A DNA stretch of 63,323 bases, the filler included, from Craspedostauros australis (Eukaryota), in NCBI GenBank assembly GCA_030167865.1. It is 14 parts of 14 records of this genome, joined end to end, with 100 filler letters (N's around TTAATTAATTAA, not from the genome) between each part and the next. Parts side by side here need not be neighbours in the genome. Positions count along the whole stretch, not along the records: positions 43,615 to 51,931 come from JALAGF010002300.1; positions 52,032 to 63,323 come from JALAGF010002301.1; 12 more parts are not named here. One strand, 5' to 3'. The notes beneath the pieces are model-generated. The model was not told the DNA's origin. It saw nothing but the letters and a program-made list of their open reading frames with translations, and did no database searches. Position numbers and translations under genes: made by a program. Position 1 is the stretch's first letter; each line of letters begins with the position of its first letter. Positions 49,564 to 60,800 of the stretch are shown piece after piece.

Positions 49564-51931
49564 GTGTCCGTCTTTGATGGATGGACTGGTTCAATATTGC
49601 TAGTATGGGAGGTGCGGCAATCACAGGGTAAGTCAACTAAATCGTACCCTCGATTGACGACACATACTGCCATAGACAATGAATCTGTTGATACCATCAT
49701 CGAGGAGGATGCTGTGGTGTATGATGCTGCGATGTATGATGATGACAGTGCAGAGCTCCTCAACAATGAGATGGCAAGTGATGACAGCCAGGAGGATGGC
49801 AGAGATCTTGAGTATGATGAAATGGAACATATGTGGACAACATGGGATGGCAATACAAAGTCTTGGGAGAAACTGTCCTCCATCATCAGCATGGCCCAAC
49901 ACAACATGCATGGTTTGAGAGACTTCTGCAAACAAGGATACAGCACGATTCCTGGCAAACATGAGACACAGAAGTGGTCAATGATCAACAGAGCATGGGA
50001 GCGGTTGATCACGATCTCATCGCACATCATCTTTCCCAACAGACCATGTCTGCGCCAATTTGCCAATGTGATGAGATTTGTCAGAGATGACAAACGCCTG
50101 CCTTAACTCGCCTTGGAAGAAACTGTCTGCCTGATGCTCTTCTTTGGCAATAGAGAGGTGTCCAAAAATGGCAGGTGCAATCCTCGCGTCAACTTCAACC
50201 TGCAAAGACTGTGCTGCCATCCTCACGCACCACTACAAGTGCCTCTCTCCAGAAGATCAGGCAAAGGTCATCTCCATGCGGACTAAAATGCACAGCTCCA
50301 AGCACAAACGGCTGATCCGTGCCACCAGAACAATTCTCAGGAGCGGACCAATTCCTGTTGGGAAGGCGAGAAGCCGCCTTGGTCGTGAGAAACTGCAGGA
50401 GGTAACTTCCTTCCTCGCCTCTGTCACAAATTTCAAGCCAGGCAGATCGTGCAAGGTGAAGCTCCATGGCGTGGTGTACGATGGTTTGCCTATCTTCCTC
50501 CGCGGCAACCAGACTGTCAGACAGCTATTTCGCCAATACAAGCAGACAGCAACAAAACTGGTGGGATTCAACACGTTCCACAAGGTCTTGCCCTCCTCAC
50601 CAAACATGGCAACTGCAAAACAGGTCTTTCATCCTACTATGTGGATATTTTGGAAATGTCCATCAAGTTTACCGATATGCTCATGCGAATCATCGAAATG
50701 CTGGGCACAGATGATGCCACCAAGGATCTGCGCAAAGAGGCACTCGAAATTGGCGAAGAGTGGAACGAAGTCTTCACCTTGTCAAATGGGAGTACACACC
50801 TTCTCATGTGCACATCCAACGTGAGGACGACCACCTCCACTCAGCACAATTTGCTCTCACCACCGGCGAATGTGACGCCCAACAGGAAGGCTGTGCACGT
50901 TGTGCGCATGCAATGATGTTCTTCTCCTTCCGTGTCACGGACTACCTTGAACGCACCAAGGCTCACATCCACAACCAACAGGACCAAGCAGAGTTCAACA
51001 CCATGTTTGGGGCTGTGTCTCTGTGTGATAAGCAGCTTGGTGTGTACATGTCACACAAGGTGAGGGCAATGGTGCAATTCGAGCAAATCCGAAAGGAGAA
51101 GGAATCACTTATCAATGAAGAAGACAAAATGATCATTGTGCTTGATCACAAGCAGAAGATATTGCCCATCTGCAGCAAAGAATGTCAATCAGCATATTTT
51201 GCCAAAAAGGGAATGTCACTTCTGGGTGTGATGACCATTACTTATGAAGGAGGTGAGTACCACTATCGCTTTGTGGACATGCTGATAAAAAACTACCATG
51301 CACAAGATCAAGTGCAGGTTGCAGGACTTCTCAAGCTACTTATGGCAGACATCTTTCCTGTCATGCATCCGGACAAGAAAAAACGTCATCCAGAGTGACA
51401 ACGCAAGCTGCTTTGACAGCCCATCATTGATGCACTACATTTATGGGCTGAACCGAGGAGAACATGATGTGAAATTCAACCCCGAAGGCACCGCGGAAGA
51501 AAAGGCCCAATCATACACCGATGCAAAAATGGAGATCAACAACATCACCACCCATCCTGATGCCTCCTGCAGGACAAGGCAATGAATAAGCCACCCAACC
51601 ACCCAATCCACGCCCAAGATTGCCAAGTGCATCTACACTGAAGCACAGACTGGAAAGGGGCTCCTTGATGCACATTTCAGCTACACCAATGGCAGGCTCA
51701 TATGGTACATTGATGGGGCCAAAATGGTAAGGAACAAACAGAAGAGGATGTTTTCCATGTGCTTGTGGAAGGGGAAAACTTATTGGCACCGCTCTTGTTT
51801 CCAGTCAACGAGAAGCGAAAATCGACCTTCTCCACCACGATTAAGCTCCGGACAAGAGCAACCCACCAGGTGGACATCCTTGACAATTGTGTACATGTCA
51901 CAGCATCATCCGGAGTGTCCAAACCAGAAGT
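49564..51931 (+). pseudogene. Degenerate Sola3-like transposase with several frameshifts
   Basis: IVLDHKQKILP...ECQSAYFAKKGMSLLG, QD...V, IQSDNASCF, YTEAQTGKGLLDAHFSY. Superfamily assignment is from recalled motifs. Confidence 0.65.
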
Positions 51932-52211
51932 NNNNNNNNNNNNNNNNNNNNNNNNNNNNNNNNNNNNNNNNNNNNTTAATTAATTAANNNNNNNNNNNNN
52001 NNNNNNNNNNNNNNNNNNNNNNNNNNNNNNNATTGGAGTACATTATGGATCTGTTTATTGAGTCTGTTGTGAGCGACGAAAATACTAGCACTAGCATGGT
52101 TTCGAAGCAAGAACTAAACTAGAAATACAATTTATTGTAGACATCGATCAAAGTTCCCTGATTGGATAATCCCAAATCTCCGCGTGGAAGTGACACTTTT
52201 GCCGGGACTCT

Positions 52212-52292
52212 CTGAGTGGAAACGATTTCCATTTCTGCCGCAGAAGTGGAAATCATTTCCACTCAGCGAGGGGGTGATTTCTCGCCACCCCC
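52212..52292. repeat. 55-bp near-perfect palindrome followed by a GC-rich hairpin
   Basis: 27-bp arms at 52212-52238 and 52240-52266 with 2 mismatches; GGGGGTG-N9-CACCCCC at 52270-52292. Confidence 0.9.
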
Positions 52293-52733
52293 GAAAAAAT
52301 GTCTCTATCAGGTTATGACTCCCTCATGGGACTGTTCGTGACTGGGTGAGTGGAATGCAGAACTTCTCTAGTGGCTGTGTTTCTCCACCTAACAACTTAT
52401 CATCACGGATATTCGTGACTGAAAAGTGAATGTCATCTGAGTCGGTGCAAAATGCGGACGCCTAACAGTCAATGTTTGTGATGAATACATGTCATTGTTG
52501 ACATTGCAAACAAACAATAGCAATTCAATGAAACTGACAGACAAATGACGGTTGATCTGAACCCAACAAACAGCCAAACATGGATATCGCACGAGAGTAC
52601 TCGTCCGTAGCCTTGTTCCCAAAAGGGCCTAGAGTATTTGGGACAGCATCTTTCAGGCTCTTGCCTCGATCTCCACACGCTTGCTCACAACAAGGAGAAT
52701 CATATAATCTGAGAGTACTCCAGGTCTCAACTC

Positions 52734-52768
<35 letters not shown>

Positions 52769-53948
52769 TGTTCTCTGTACTGTTGTGAGCACAACATGCA
52801 CGGCTGAGTACTCTACGAACTACTCAACTCTGTCATGATGTGGGTGGCGTGCATTGTGCCATACTACTACAAGAGGGTATTGATGCAGACATCTTGCGTG
52901 TATCCATCATCTTTGTTGCCTTGATTCTCTGTTTCCCTTGGTTGGTTGGTTCTTCTTCTCGTGCTTGGTGGCGTGCTTGTGTTGCCTTTTCTTCTTGTCG
53001 GCGCACGTCTGCAATCGTACCATAGATTTTGTTGCACCAGTGGTCGCACATGCACAAGCAGAGTATTCCAGCCCGGAGAGTGGAGGGTACAGTCTGCTCG
53101 TCATGATGGTGTTGCGTACGATACTCAACTGCAGAGTCGGAAGATCACCATCTTCAGTGTGCGTCCACGTTCCTGCAGATTCACTGTCAGAGAACTGCCG
53201 TTCTTGGCGAAGAGGAAAGTCAACAGGATCCTCTCTTGGCCCGACACCAGCAAACGCATGCGGCGTAGATTGGAGCGAAACTGGCCGCTTGGGCGTAAAC
53301 TTCTGCTCACGAAGCCGGCAGAGGGCACAGTTGATGGGAATTGCGAAGTTTCTCATGTGACGTCGATCATTTTCCCTTTCGGGTTCGTCTTCCAACGCCA
53401 CGAACACGGTGCAAAAGTGCACATTTCTCTGTAGTTCCCGAGCTCCACGATTGGGCCTTGGACAAGAAACCAAAGAACGAACCAGCACAACAGTGTTGGC
53501 TTTGGCGCGAAACCTTGCCGCATCGCAAACAACGCAGCACGTGATGCACACAGCAACAACAAAAGAACATTGGAGTGCTCTCTGCTCATAATTCTTCATT
53601 GCAACTGGACAGATAGCCGACGGCGGCGATGTGCAAGCCTACTCGCCCGCGTCCATGAAACCTTGCGCTGCTATTGCGTGTTACACATCGTATAATAATG
53701 TACAAGCCATTGCATAATATTGCATACTAGAATACATATTCTTTCCTCAACCCTTCATTACATGCAAAGTCACAAGCACATGCATCACAACGAGCACCAG
53801 CATACGCACCAACGATAAGAGGAAGCCCAAGAAAGCAGTCGCTCTCTCTCCAGAGAAACCGCAACGACGCTCTCCTCGTGCTACTCACAGCCACTCACAG
53901 CCATTGGCAGCCATTCACAGCCACCCACAAGCGCGCGCATTGACAATC

Positions 53949-56900
53949 ATGAGCGCGGCTGGAGAATCGAGCAGCGAGACAATGGCGGTTGTCGGCGGCA
54001 AGGACGAGAACGACGCGCTGCTGCCGCGCCATGATGCATCGCCGCCATCTGCCCGTCGGTGGCATGGCGGCCGCAATGCCCACAAGTACGGAAGCAGCTG
54101 CAGCGACAGCGACAGCAGCAGTCTGGACAAGCACGCGCCATTGACGATGCAGGATGACGACGCGCGCAGAACGTGGTGCGAAGTGATGGGCATGCTCAAT
54201 ACATGGACCACGATTTGCCTCGCGGTGCCCGCCATCCTGCTGTGCGCTGCGCATGCCACCGACTTGACGCGGCAGATCTGGCCGTGCCTCGTCTTCAGCC
54301 TGCATGCCAGCCTGCTGCTGATCGCCACGGGACATCCCCACCAAGAGAAGAGAAGTAACGCGGAGGTCTGCGTCATCATCCTTGTCTGCGTCTTCGACGT
54401 GGCCTTGCTGCATCGTGGCTACCTTCCCGCGGTGCGCATTCTCGTCCATGATTTCTACGGCGACGTCGATGGAACGGTGGTGGCGGAATGGTGGTGGCAG
54501 TGGGCGTGCTGCATCCTCATCTTGCGGATGCTGCAGCTGGTCTACGCGCTGCGAACCTTGGTGCTTGCGAGCATCATGCTCTGCATGCTCTTCAATTCCT
54601 GGTGCGTCTCCTTCGCCGGGCTTGCGAAAGCGGCGCCTATCCAGTGGTTGGAATCCAAGGCCGCGGCGGTGCGCATGAGGATGAGCGCTATGCGCAAGAA
54701 CAGGCAGGACGCGCTGCAACTCGCGTGGATGGCAGAGCTGGCCATCGCCGCGGTGCTCGTCACCATCTCCTTCACCGTCTGCGTGCAGCGCTTCGCCATG
54801 GCATCACGGTACGAGCGGCCGGGGTACTACGACCACTGCGATCCGCTCGACGACACCGAATGCGCGTTCCCCTACCCCTCATTCCATCACATGCAGCGCG
54901 ACGATTCCACGGCAACGGGCTGGCGCATCAACCTCGAGCAGTCGGCCTTGCCGGTGCTGCGGGATGGTTACCACGTGTCGGTGGATTTCCTCAACGAACA
55001 GTTCGACGGCTTCAGCACGATGTCCCCGATCCTGTTCTACATGGACGGTCTCATGGAGGCAGACGAGCATCTGCGCGGAACCCAAACACACGGCCTTCAG
55101 GGCGTCGACCAAATACCTCTCTCCACCACGGATAAGTCCTGGACGTTGCTGCTCAACGTTGACACTTCGACGCTGGTGCCGCACGCGGCGGAGATAGACT
55201 ACTCCGATCCCCACCACCCATCCGTCACCCTCACGCCGGCTCAACCGCTCGATCATTCCAGCCACTACGCCGTCGTCCTGTACAATGCGACGGACAAATA
55301 TGGCGACAGGCTGCCGCCCACGAGAGGCATGTTGCAGCTCCTCCGGGATGGCATCGATCTCAGCCATGATCAAGGCAACCGTTTGCACAGATACCAAACC
55401 GACGTCATCCCCGTTCTCGAGCAGGCAGCGCCGTGGATCGACCATGCGGACGATCCCATGGGCCTGCAGCTGTTGTTTGACTTCGTCACCGTCAGCGAAA
55501 CGGCGCAGCTTGGACCGCTGATGAAGATCCGAGACGACGCCTTGCGCACGATCGAAGACGAATGGAACGGCGATTGGTCGGGCCACGTACGAACGGTCAA
55601 GATGGATAATTTCAATTGCGCGGAGAAATTCAGGGACGCGAGCGGCACACTGACGACCCGGTTGATGGCCAGGGTCGTCCACGGTGAGATCGATGTGCCG
55701 TGGTATCTGGAAGCTCAAGGCCAAGGGCAAAGGCATGCCATCCTTCGCGAACCGTTGGAGCAGGACGCCACGACGATCGGGAAGGCAAAATTCACCATGC
55801 AGATTCCATGCACCGTGCGGGACGAGATCTTGAAGGCACAGGCAAGCAATTCCGCAACCTCCGATCATTTCGCCATCCCGAAGGCGATCATCGATTACGG
55901 CCACGGGCTGTTCTTCAATCGCTGGGAAGCCACCATCCACGCTGTCCAGGAGCAAGCCTACCGTGAGAAGTACGTTGTGATGGCCATGGAGTGGCGTGGT
56001 ATGTCCTCATTCGATCTCGGGGTCGTCATGAAGGCCATCCTATCAAAGCCTCAAATATTTCAGGCCATGCGCGACAACCTCATGCAGGGTTTCGTGGCCA
56101 AGCTGTGCCTTCAGCATTTCGTCCACAGCGGCCAGCTATCGCAAACCGATTTCCTCACCTTCCGCGACAAGACGCAGCGAACATCGGGCACGCAGCGTCT
56201 CAACCAAGCAGCAGCAGCAGCAGCAGCAACGGTACCGGCGACGCTACCAGCGACGCTACCAGCGACGCTACCAGCACAAGCACCAGCCAAAAAGCCCACG
56301 AACGTGTACTACGGTAATTCACAAGGTTCGATTCTGGGCGCGGGATACACTTCGTGGATGGCGCCCCTCGAGCTCATCGAGAGAGTCATCTTGGGAGTCC
56401 CAGGCATATCCCTCGGCTTCACCATGAACCATTCGCCAGCCTTCGGAACGTTCGAAATGCTGCTGACCTGCACGTTCCTTCACAGGCGGCACATCCGCAT
56501 CATCGTTTCCATCATGCAATCGTCGTGGGATGCGGTGGAAGGTGCGGGATGGTTGGCATCGCAAGGCGCCGCATTGAGCGGCCAGCACCGACCGCCCGTG
56601 CTGCTGCAGGCAGGACTGGGCGATCCCGTCATCCCCAACTTCGCGTCCGAATCGCTGGCGCGTGCCTTCAACGCAACCGTCGTGCCGCACAATCCCAAGA
56701 AGAACATCGTGGGGGTCCCCGTGGCTTCCAAGTCCACCCTGCAGTCGCCATCTCTGATATCGCAACCAGGCAGCACGGTCGTTCTGACGGAAGTCCTGTA
56801 CACGCACGAATACGCGGCGTTGCGCGACGACTCGCGACCACTGCCCGAGGACAGCCACATCAGGCGAGTGAATCACGTGCATTTTTGCCTGCGACAGAAC

Positions 56901-57053
56901 TGCAACGCGATGGATCAACTTGCCACCTTTGTGAACAGTGGCGTCATCGTGGACCCCTGCGCCAACGGTGGCTGCGTCGTGGACCATGCCGAGTGCTACA
57001 TGTTCTGGCAGAAGGACAACACGAGGTCGAGCAACTGGACCTGTCCGGCATAG
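53949..57053 (+). CDS. Multi-TM membrane-anchored alpha/beta-hydrolase, paralog 2 (intronless, ~1034 aa)
   Basis: About 5 TM helices, HCDPLDDTECAFPYPS, DGFST, GHGLF, MEWRGM, GNSQG, GLGD, NHVH. Confidence 0.9.
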   Translation: MSAAGESSSETMAVVGGKDENDALLPRHDASPPSARRWHGGRNAHKYGSSCSDSDSSSLDKHAPLTMQDDDARRTWCEVMGMLNTWTTICLAVPAILLCAAHATDLTRQIWPCLVFSLHASLLLIATGHPHQEKRSNAEVCVIILVCVFDVALLHRGYLPAVRILVHDFYGDVDGTVVAEWWWQWACCILILRMLQLVYALRTLVLASIMLCMLFNSWCVSFAGLAKAAPIQWLESKAAAVRMRMSAMRKNRQDALQLAWMAELAIAAVLVTISFTVCVQRFAMASRYERPGYYDHCDPLDDTECAFPYPSFHHMQRDDSTATGWRINLEQSALPVLRDGYHVSVDFLNEQFDGFSTMSPILFYMDGLMEADEHLRGTQTHGLQGVDQIPLSTTDKSWTLLLNVDTSTLVPHAAEIDYSDPHHPSVTLTPAQPLDHSSHYAVVLYNATDKYGDRLPPTRGMLQLLRDGIDLSHDQGNRLHRYQTDVIPVLEQAAPWIDHADDPMGLQLLFDFVTVSETAQLGPLMKIRDDALRTIEDEWNGDWSGHVRTVKMDNFNCAEKFRDASGTLTTRLMARVVHGEIDVPWYLEAQGQGQRHAILREPLEQDATTIGKAKFTMQIPCTVRDEILKAQASNSATSDHFAIPKAIIDYGHGLFFNRWEATIHAVQEQAYREKYVVMAMEWRGMSSFDLGVVMKAILSKPQIFQAMRDNLMQGFVAKLCLQHFVHSGQLSQTDFLTFRDKTQRTSGTQRLNQAAAAAAATVPATLPATLPATLPAQAPAKKPTNVYYGNSQGSILGAGYTSWMAPLELIERVILGVPGISLGFTMNHSPAFGTFEMLLTCTFLHRRHIRIIVSIMQSSWDAVEGAGWLASQGAALSGQHRPPVLLQAGLGDPVIPNFASESLARAFNATVVPHNPKKNIVGVPVASKSTLQSPSLISQPGSTVVLTEVLYTHEYAALRDDSRPLPEDSHIRRVNHVHFCLRQNCNAMDQLATFVNSGVIVDPCANGGCVVDHAECYMFWQKDNTRSSNWTCPA

Positions 57054-58317
57054 AGCATGATATGAATACCATTGGATGTTCGAGCAGCGCTATCAATCAC
57101 CAAGAGTAGAGAGGTACCTACCAACTCGTACAGTAGAACCCAAGGACGCAAAATAGAATGGATTTCGTTATGACCAACATGCGGCGCAGTCTGGTGAAGT
57201 ACAATCTTCGTATGGTGTGAGTAGTCTATTGTCGGGCAGCGCGATATGCCGAAAGAATGGATTTGCCCAGCGTCGGAAGGATGCACCCCTGAAGCGCATG
57301 AACCAGAGTCACACATCTGTGCGGCAATGGACAACTCAGGGGTGCGCGGATGATGCAATTGGAGCTGGTACGATCGAGCAGAGCTGAGCGGATCCACAGT
57401 TGCCCGTGATGGACGAAGCAGAATGCTCTCGAGAGGTCACCCGGACGGATTTGGAGACAAACATCATCATCGAGCGAACAACTTGACACATCTAATCATT
57501 CATCGTGACACGCAACCACCCGTGAGACTACTACCATCATCATCATCAGCAGCATCAAGAGCGCGGAGCAACACAGGAGGAGAGGATCAGTTGACACCAC
57601 AAGGGAGGGGAAGACGTGGTGGATGCAAAACCGCACATTCCTTTTCTGGCATCAAGGAAGTGAACCGACAACCACTCACAATTTCCCCTTTGGTCATCTC
57701 AGTTGCGCACGCAAAACGAGTCATGGATACCTACAGGCTCCGCCCAAACCGCCAATCCAGGAACTGCATGTGCAACGATCGGAAGAGAGACAAAGTCGAC
57801 ATTTGTGTTTGTTGAACAAAAGGAACAGACCAACGCGACACCACAAAAGGAAGGAAGACCAGTCGACAGGGGGCAAATCAATCTGTCGGCGGCTTCGTTG
57901 GTGTGCGACGACTTGAGTTGAGCGGCCGCGTGATTGGCGGCGTGGTGCGTTGCGTTGCGATGTGAGCGCCATCGTCGCTGTTTTCTTATCGTTGGCTGTG
58001 TTGGGAGAGTTGCGGAAAGGAGCCCGCCGCCGTTTTGGTTCGTTGGATGTGCAAAGGGAATGGGAGATTGAAATGCAAAGAGCGAAGGGGGAGAGAGGAG
58101 ACACAGATTCGTGCAAGTGTGCGTGCTGTCGCCGATGATGATGATGATGGTCGACGTCGATGATTATGATTGTGATGGTGGTGGACAGATTCCGTATCCA
58201 CTCGGCGAAGATGCAAATACAGGCATTCAACCACTATTTGTTTACTCTAAAACTGTCATATCTTGCTCTACAGAAACGGGGACGACGATGAACATCGAGA
58301 TCAAATAGGGAGATTGT

Positions 58318-60051
58318 TCACGGCACCACAGCGCACGCTTGTACACCGATGCATTCTCCATCGGGGATGGCGTCAATGTTGTTGTAACACGAGGAATTGC
58401 CACGGCAGGCTCCGTCCCCTACCATTCCGGTCTTGAGATAGCATGCTGCATATTCGTAGCACGAACCCATGCCCACGTCGGCCTTGTTCTTTAAGCAGGC
58501 GTATGGGCCTTGGCAGGAGCCCTGGCCGATGGCACCATCCTGCTGGGCGCATGCGACCATTCCAATGCAGGATTCCATGCTGATAGCACCAGCCTGCTGG
58601 ATGCATGCTCTCGTTCCAATACAGGATCCCATGCTGATGGCACCAGTGTTTCGGTCGCATGCTGCTTCTCCTCCGCAGGATCCGGCGTCGACGTTTCCCT
58701 TGTTGAGGAAGCAAGCATACTCTCCAATGCAGGACCTGTCACTGACGTTGGCCAGGTTCGTCAAGCAAGCATTCTCGCCGAGGCAAGCGCCAGTTCCGAT
58801 TGCTCCTTCGTTGAAAACGCATGCACCTTCGCCAACGCAAGAGTTTTTCTGGATGTTGCCTCGGTTGCGGAAACATGCTTCGCCTGTGGTGCAGGACTCC
58901 TCGCCAATGTCCCCTGTATTTTCCAGACACGAATTCTCCCCAATGCATGAGAATGCGGAGATATCGCCTGAGTTTCCGTAGCAAGTTGCCTCACCGTTGC
59001 AAGAATGCTCGCTGATTTTGCCAGAGTTTCCGTCGCAAGAATTCTCACCGTTGCAAGAATGCTCACCGATTTCGCCGGAGTTGCTGAAGCAAGCGTTGTA
59101 GCCGTTGCAAGAATGCTCACTGATTTTGCCGGTGTTGTATGAGCAACTGAGGTTGCCATTGCAAGCATAAGAAGGAATTGGCACCTCGATGCCGTAGCAG
59201 GCGTACAAATCGTTGCAAGCGTAGGGAGCAATCGTGATGGCCGTTGTCTCGTTGGGACTGAATTCGCAAGCGTATTTGCCATTGCAGGAGTCAGGGCACA
59301 CCGTCACGTGTCGGTCGCTGCCCCACACACACGCGGGAGCTATCTCATTGTCTGGTGCTTGACAGCAATTAGCCTCCTCGTCTGCACACTTCGCGGTGAC
59401 ATCTTCGGCCGTTCCAGTGAAGCAGGACTTGAATGCCTTGTTGGACTTGGAAGACTTCTCAGACTTGGCTCCCTTTGATGACGATTTCTCAGACTTGGTG
59501 GACTTGAGCTGGCGGTTGTGAACATCGAGGGTTTCGGTTGTTTTCTCATGACGAAGTTCTGCGATGGACTCAGGCGACACGGACTTCTCGGCATCGTGAG
59601 TGGTGCCTTGAAGACGGCCAAGATCGGTGAACTTGTGCTCAAGCTTGTTCTTGTCCTCGCTTTTGGTGTTGGTGGAAGAGGCGGCACGTCGACGACGAAA
59701 GTTGCTTCCCTTGGTGTTGGTGTTGGCGTTGCTGTCCCTCAAGTTAGGAACAATATCATCAATGTTGGGCATGGAGCTAGTGGCAGAGAGGAGCATGGTC
59801 TCCTTGTCCTCGGTGTCCTGTGCTGTGATCTTGGTGTTGTCACCGTGTGCGGAGTTGAACGCCAAGATCTTGGCCTTGCGCTCAGCTGCCAGCTTGCCGA
59901 ACTTCGCTTGAAGAGCGTCGATGTCAACATCGATGTTGAGATCGGTGGCGACCTTGGTGCGACCGCTCGTGTCGAGCACGGCATCGACGCCGTTGCAGAT
60001 GATGCTCTGTGCGATGACGAGAGCGAGGATGTCTTTCTTCATGGGTGGCAT
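58318..60051 (-). CDS. Secreted protein: signal peptide, pro-region, RQL, Lys/Ser-rich segment, 17 x 18-aa Cys repeats
   Basis: MKKDILALVIAQSIICNGVDA signal-like peptide; RQLKSTKSEKSSSKGAKSEKSSKSNKAFKS; repeats at 59232-58321. Confidence 0.92.
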   Translation of the reverse strand: MPPMKKDILALVIAQSIICNGVDAVLDTSGRTKVATDLNIDVDIDALQAKFGKLAAERKAKILAFNSAHGDNTKITAQDTEDKETMLLSATSSMPNIDDIVPNLRDSNANTNTKGSNFRRRRAASSTNTKSEDKNKLEHKFTDLGRLQGTTHDAEKSVSPESIAELRHEKTTETLDVHNRQLKSTKSEKSSSKGAKSEKSSKSNKAFKSCFTGTAEDVTAKCADEEANCCQAPDNEIAPACVWGSDRHVTVCPDSCNGKYACEFSPNETTAITIAPYACNDLYACYGIEVPIPSYACNGNLSCSYNTGKISEHSCNGYNACFSNSGEIGEHSCNGENSCDGNSGKISEHSCNGEATCYGNSGDISAFSCIGENSCLENTGDIGEESCTTGEACFRNRGNIQKNSCVGEGACVFNEGAIGTGACLGENACLTNLANVSDRSCIGEYACFLNKGNVDAGSCGGEAACDRNTGAISMGSCIGTRACIQQAGAISMESCIGMVACAQQDGAIGQGSCQGPYACLKNKADVGMGSCYEYAACYLKTGMVGDGACRGNSSCYNNIDAIPDGECIGVQACAVVP

Positions 60052-60800
60052 GGTTGCGTGTTGGTGTTGTCGGTGTTGTTGTTACTTGTTGTGTGTGCGC
60101 TTTGGCCTTGAGTCAAGTTGAGTTGAGTTGAGTTGGTCTGTTCTCGATTTTGTGGGTGATGGCAAGCAATCGCTTGAAGGGTGAAACTCTTTGGATGCTA
60201 TTTGTATCATCCCCTGCTGTTGTTTGGGTGTGTTTGGCAACAACATCTTCACCAAAATAGACAGTGGAGAGCGGGCGATCCAACAACTTCGGAAACTTTC
60301 AACTTCGCGGAGGTGGCAGCAACAGCGAAGCCACAGTTGGACGCGGGACATTGTGGCGCTAATTTCATTTCGCCTCGCCATTTTTGCTCAGCGTTCTGCG
60401 GGCAACGGAAGATTTCTTCGACCCTCACCGTCTCAGCGGACGCCACAAGATCCTGCACAAATGTGCTCCAGTGACAACGGCCGTCTGGGCGTTGAGGGAA
60501 ATATGCATATATGCCATTTATATGGAAAATACGTTGTGTCACTGTCCCACCAACAAACCCCGTTCGTGTTTGATTTCTGCTCGTCAGTCCAATGTCGAAC
60601 GCATACTGTAGTCTACGAAAAGGCAGCGCAGCTGTTATCGACACAATAAAGTGATTGTGGCATTCAATAGGATGTGGATCACTCTTGAAACTAGTAATTA
60701 ACTTGGTATGGACTAAAGCCTCCAGATTGAATAGACAGTTGTGTGAGAAAGGCAATTGTTTTGAACACCTCCTTCTGGCGTTCTCTATCTGACCTGTATG

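Noticed and set aside
52907..53599. 230-aa minus-strand ORF
   Set aside because: No recognisable domain or convincing gene structure.
57777..57787. GATCGGAAGAG resembling an Illumina adapter
   Set aside because: It lacks the flanking adapter bases and lies inside a longer repeat conserved at 62670-62732.
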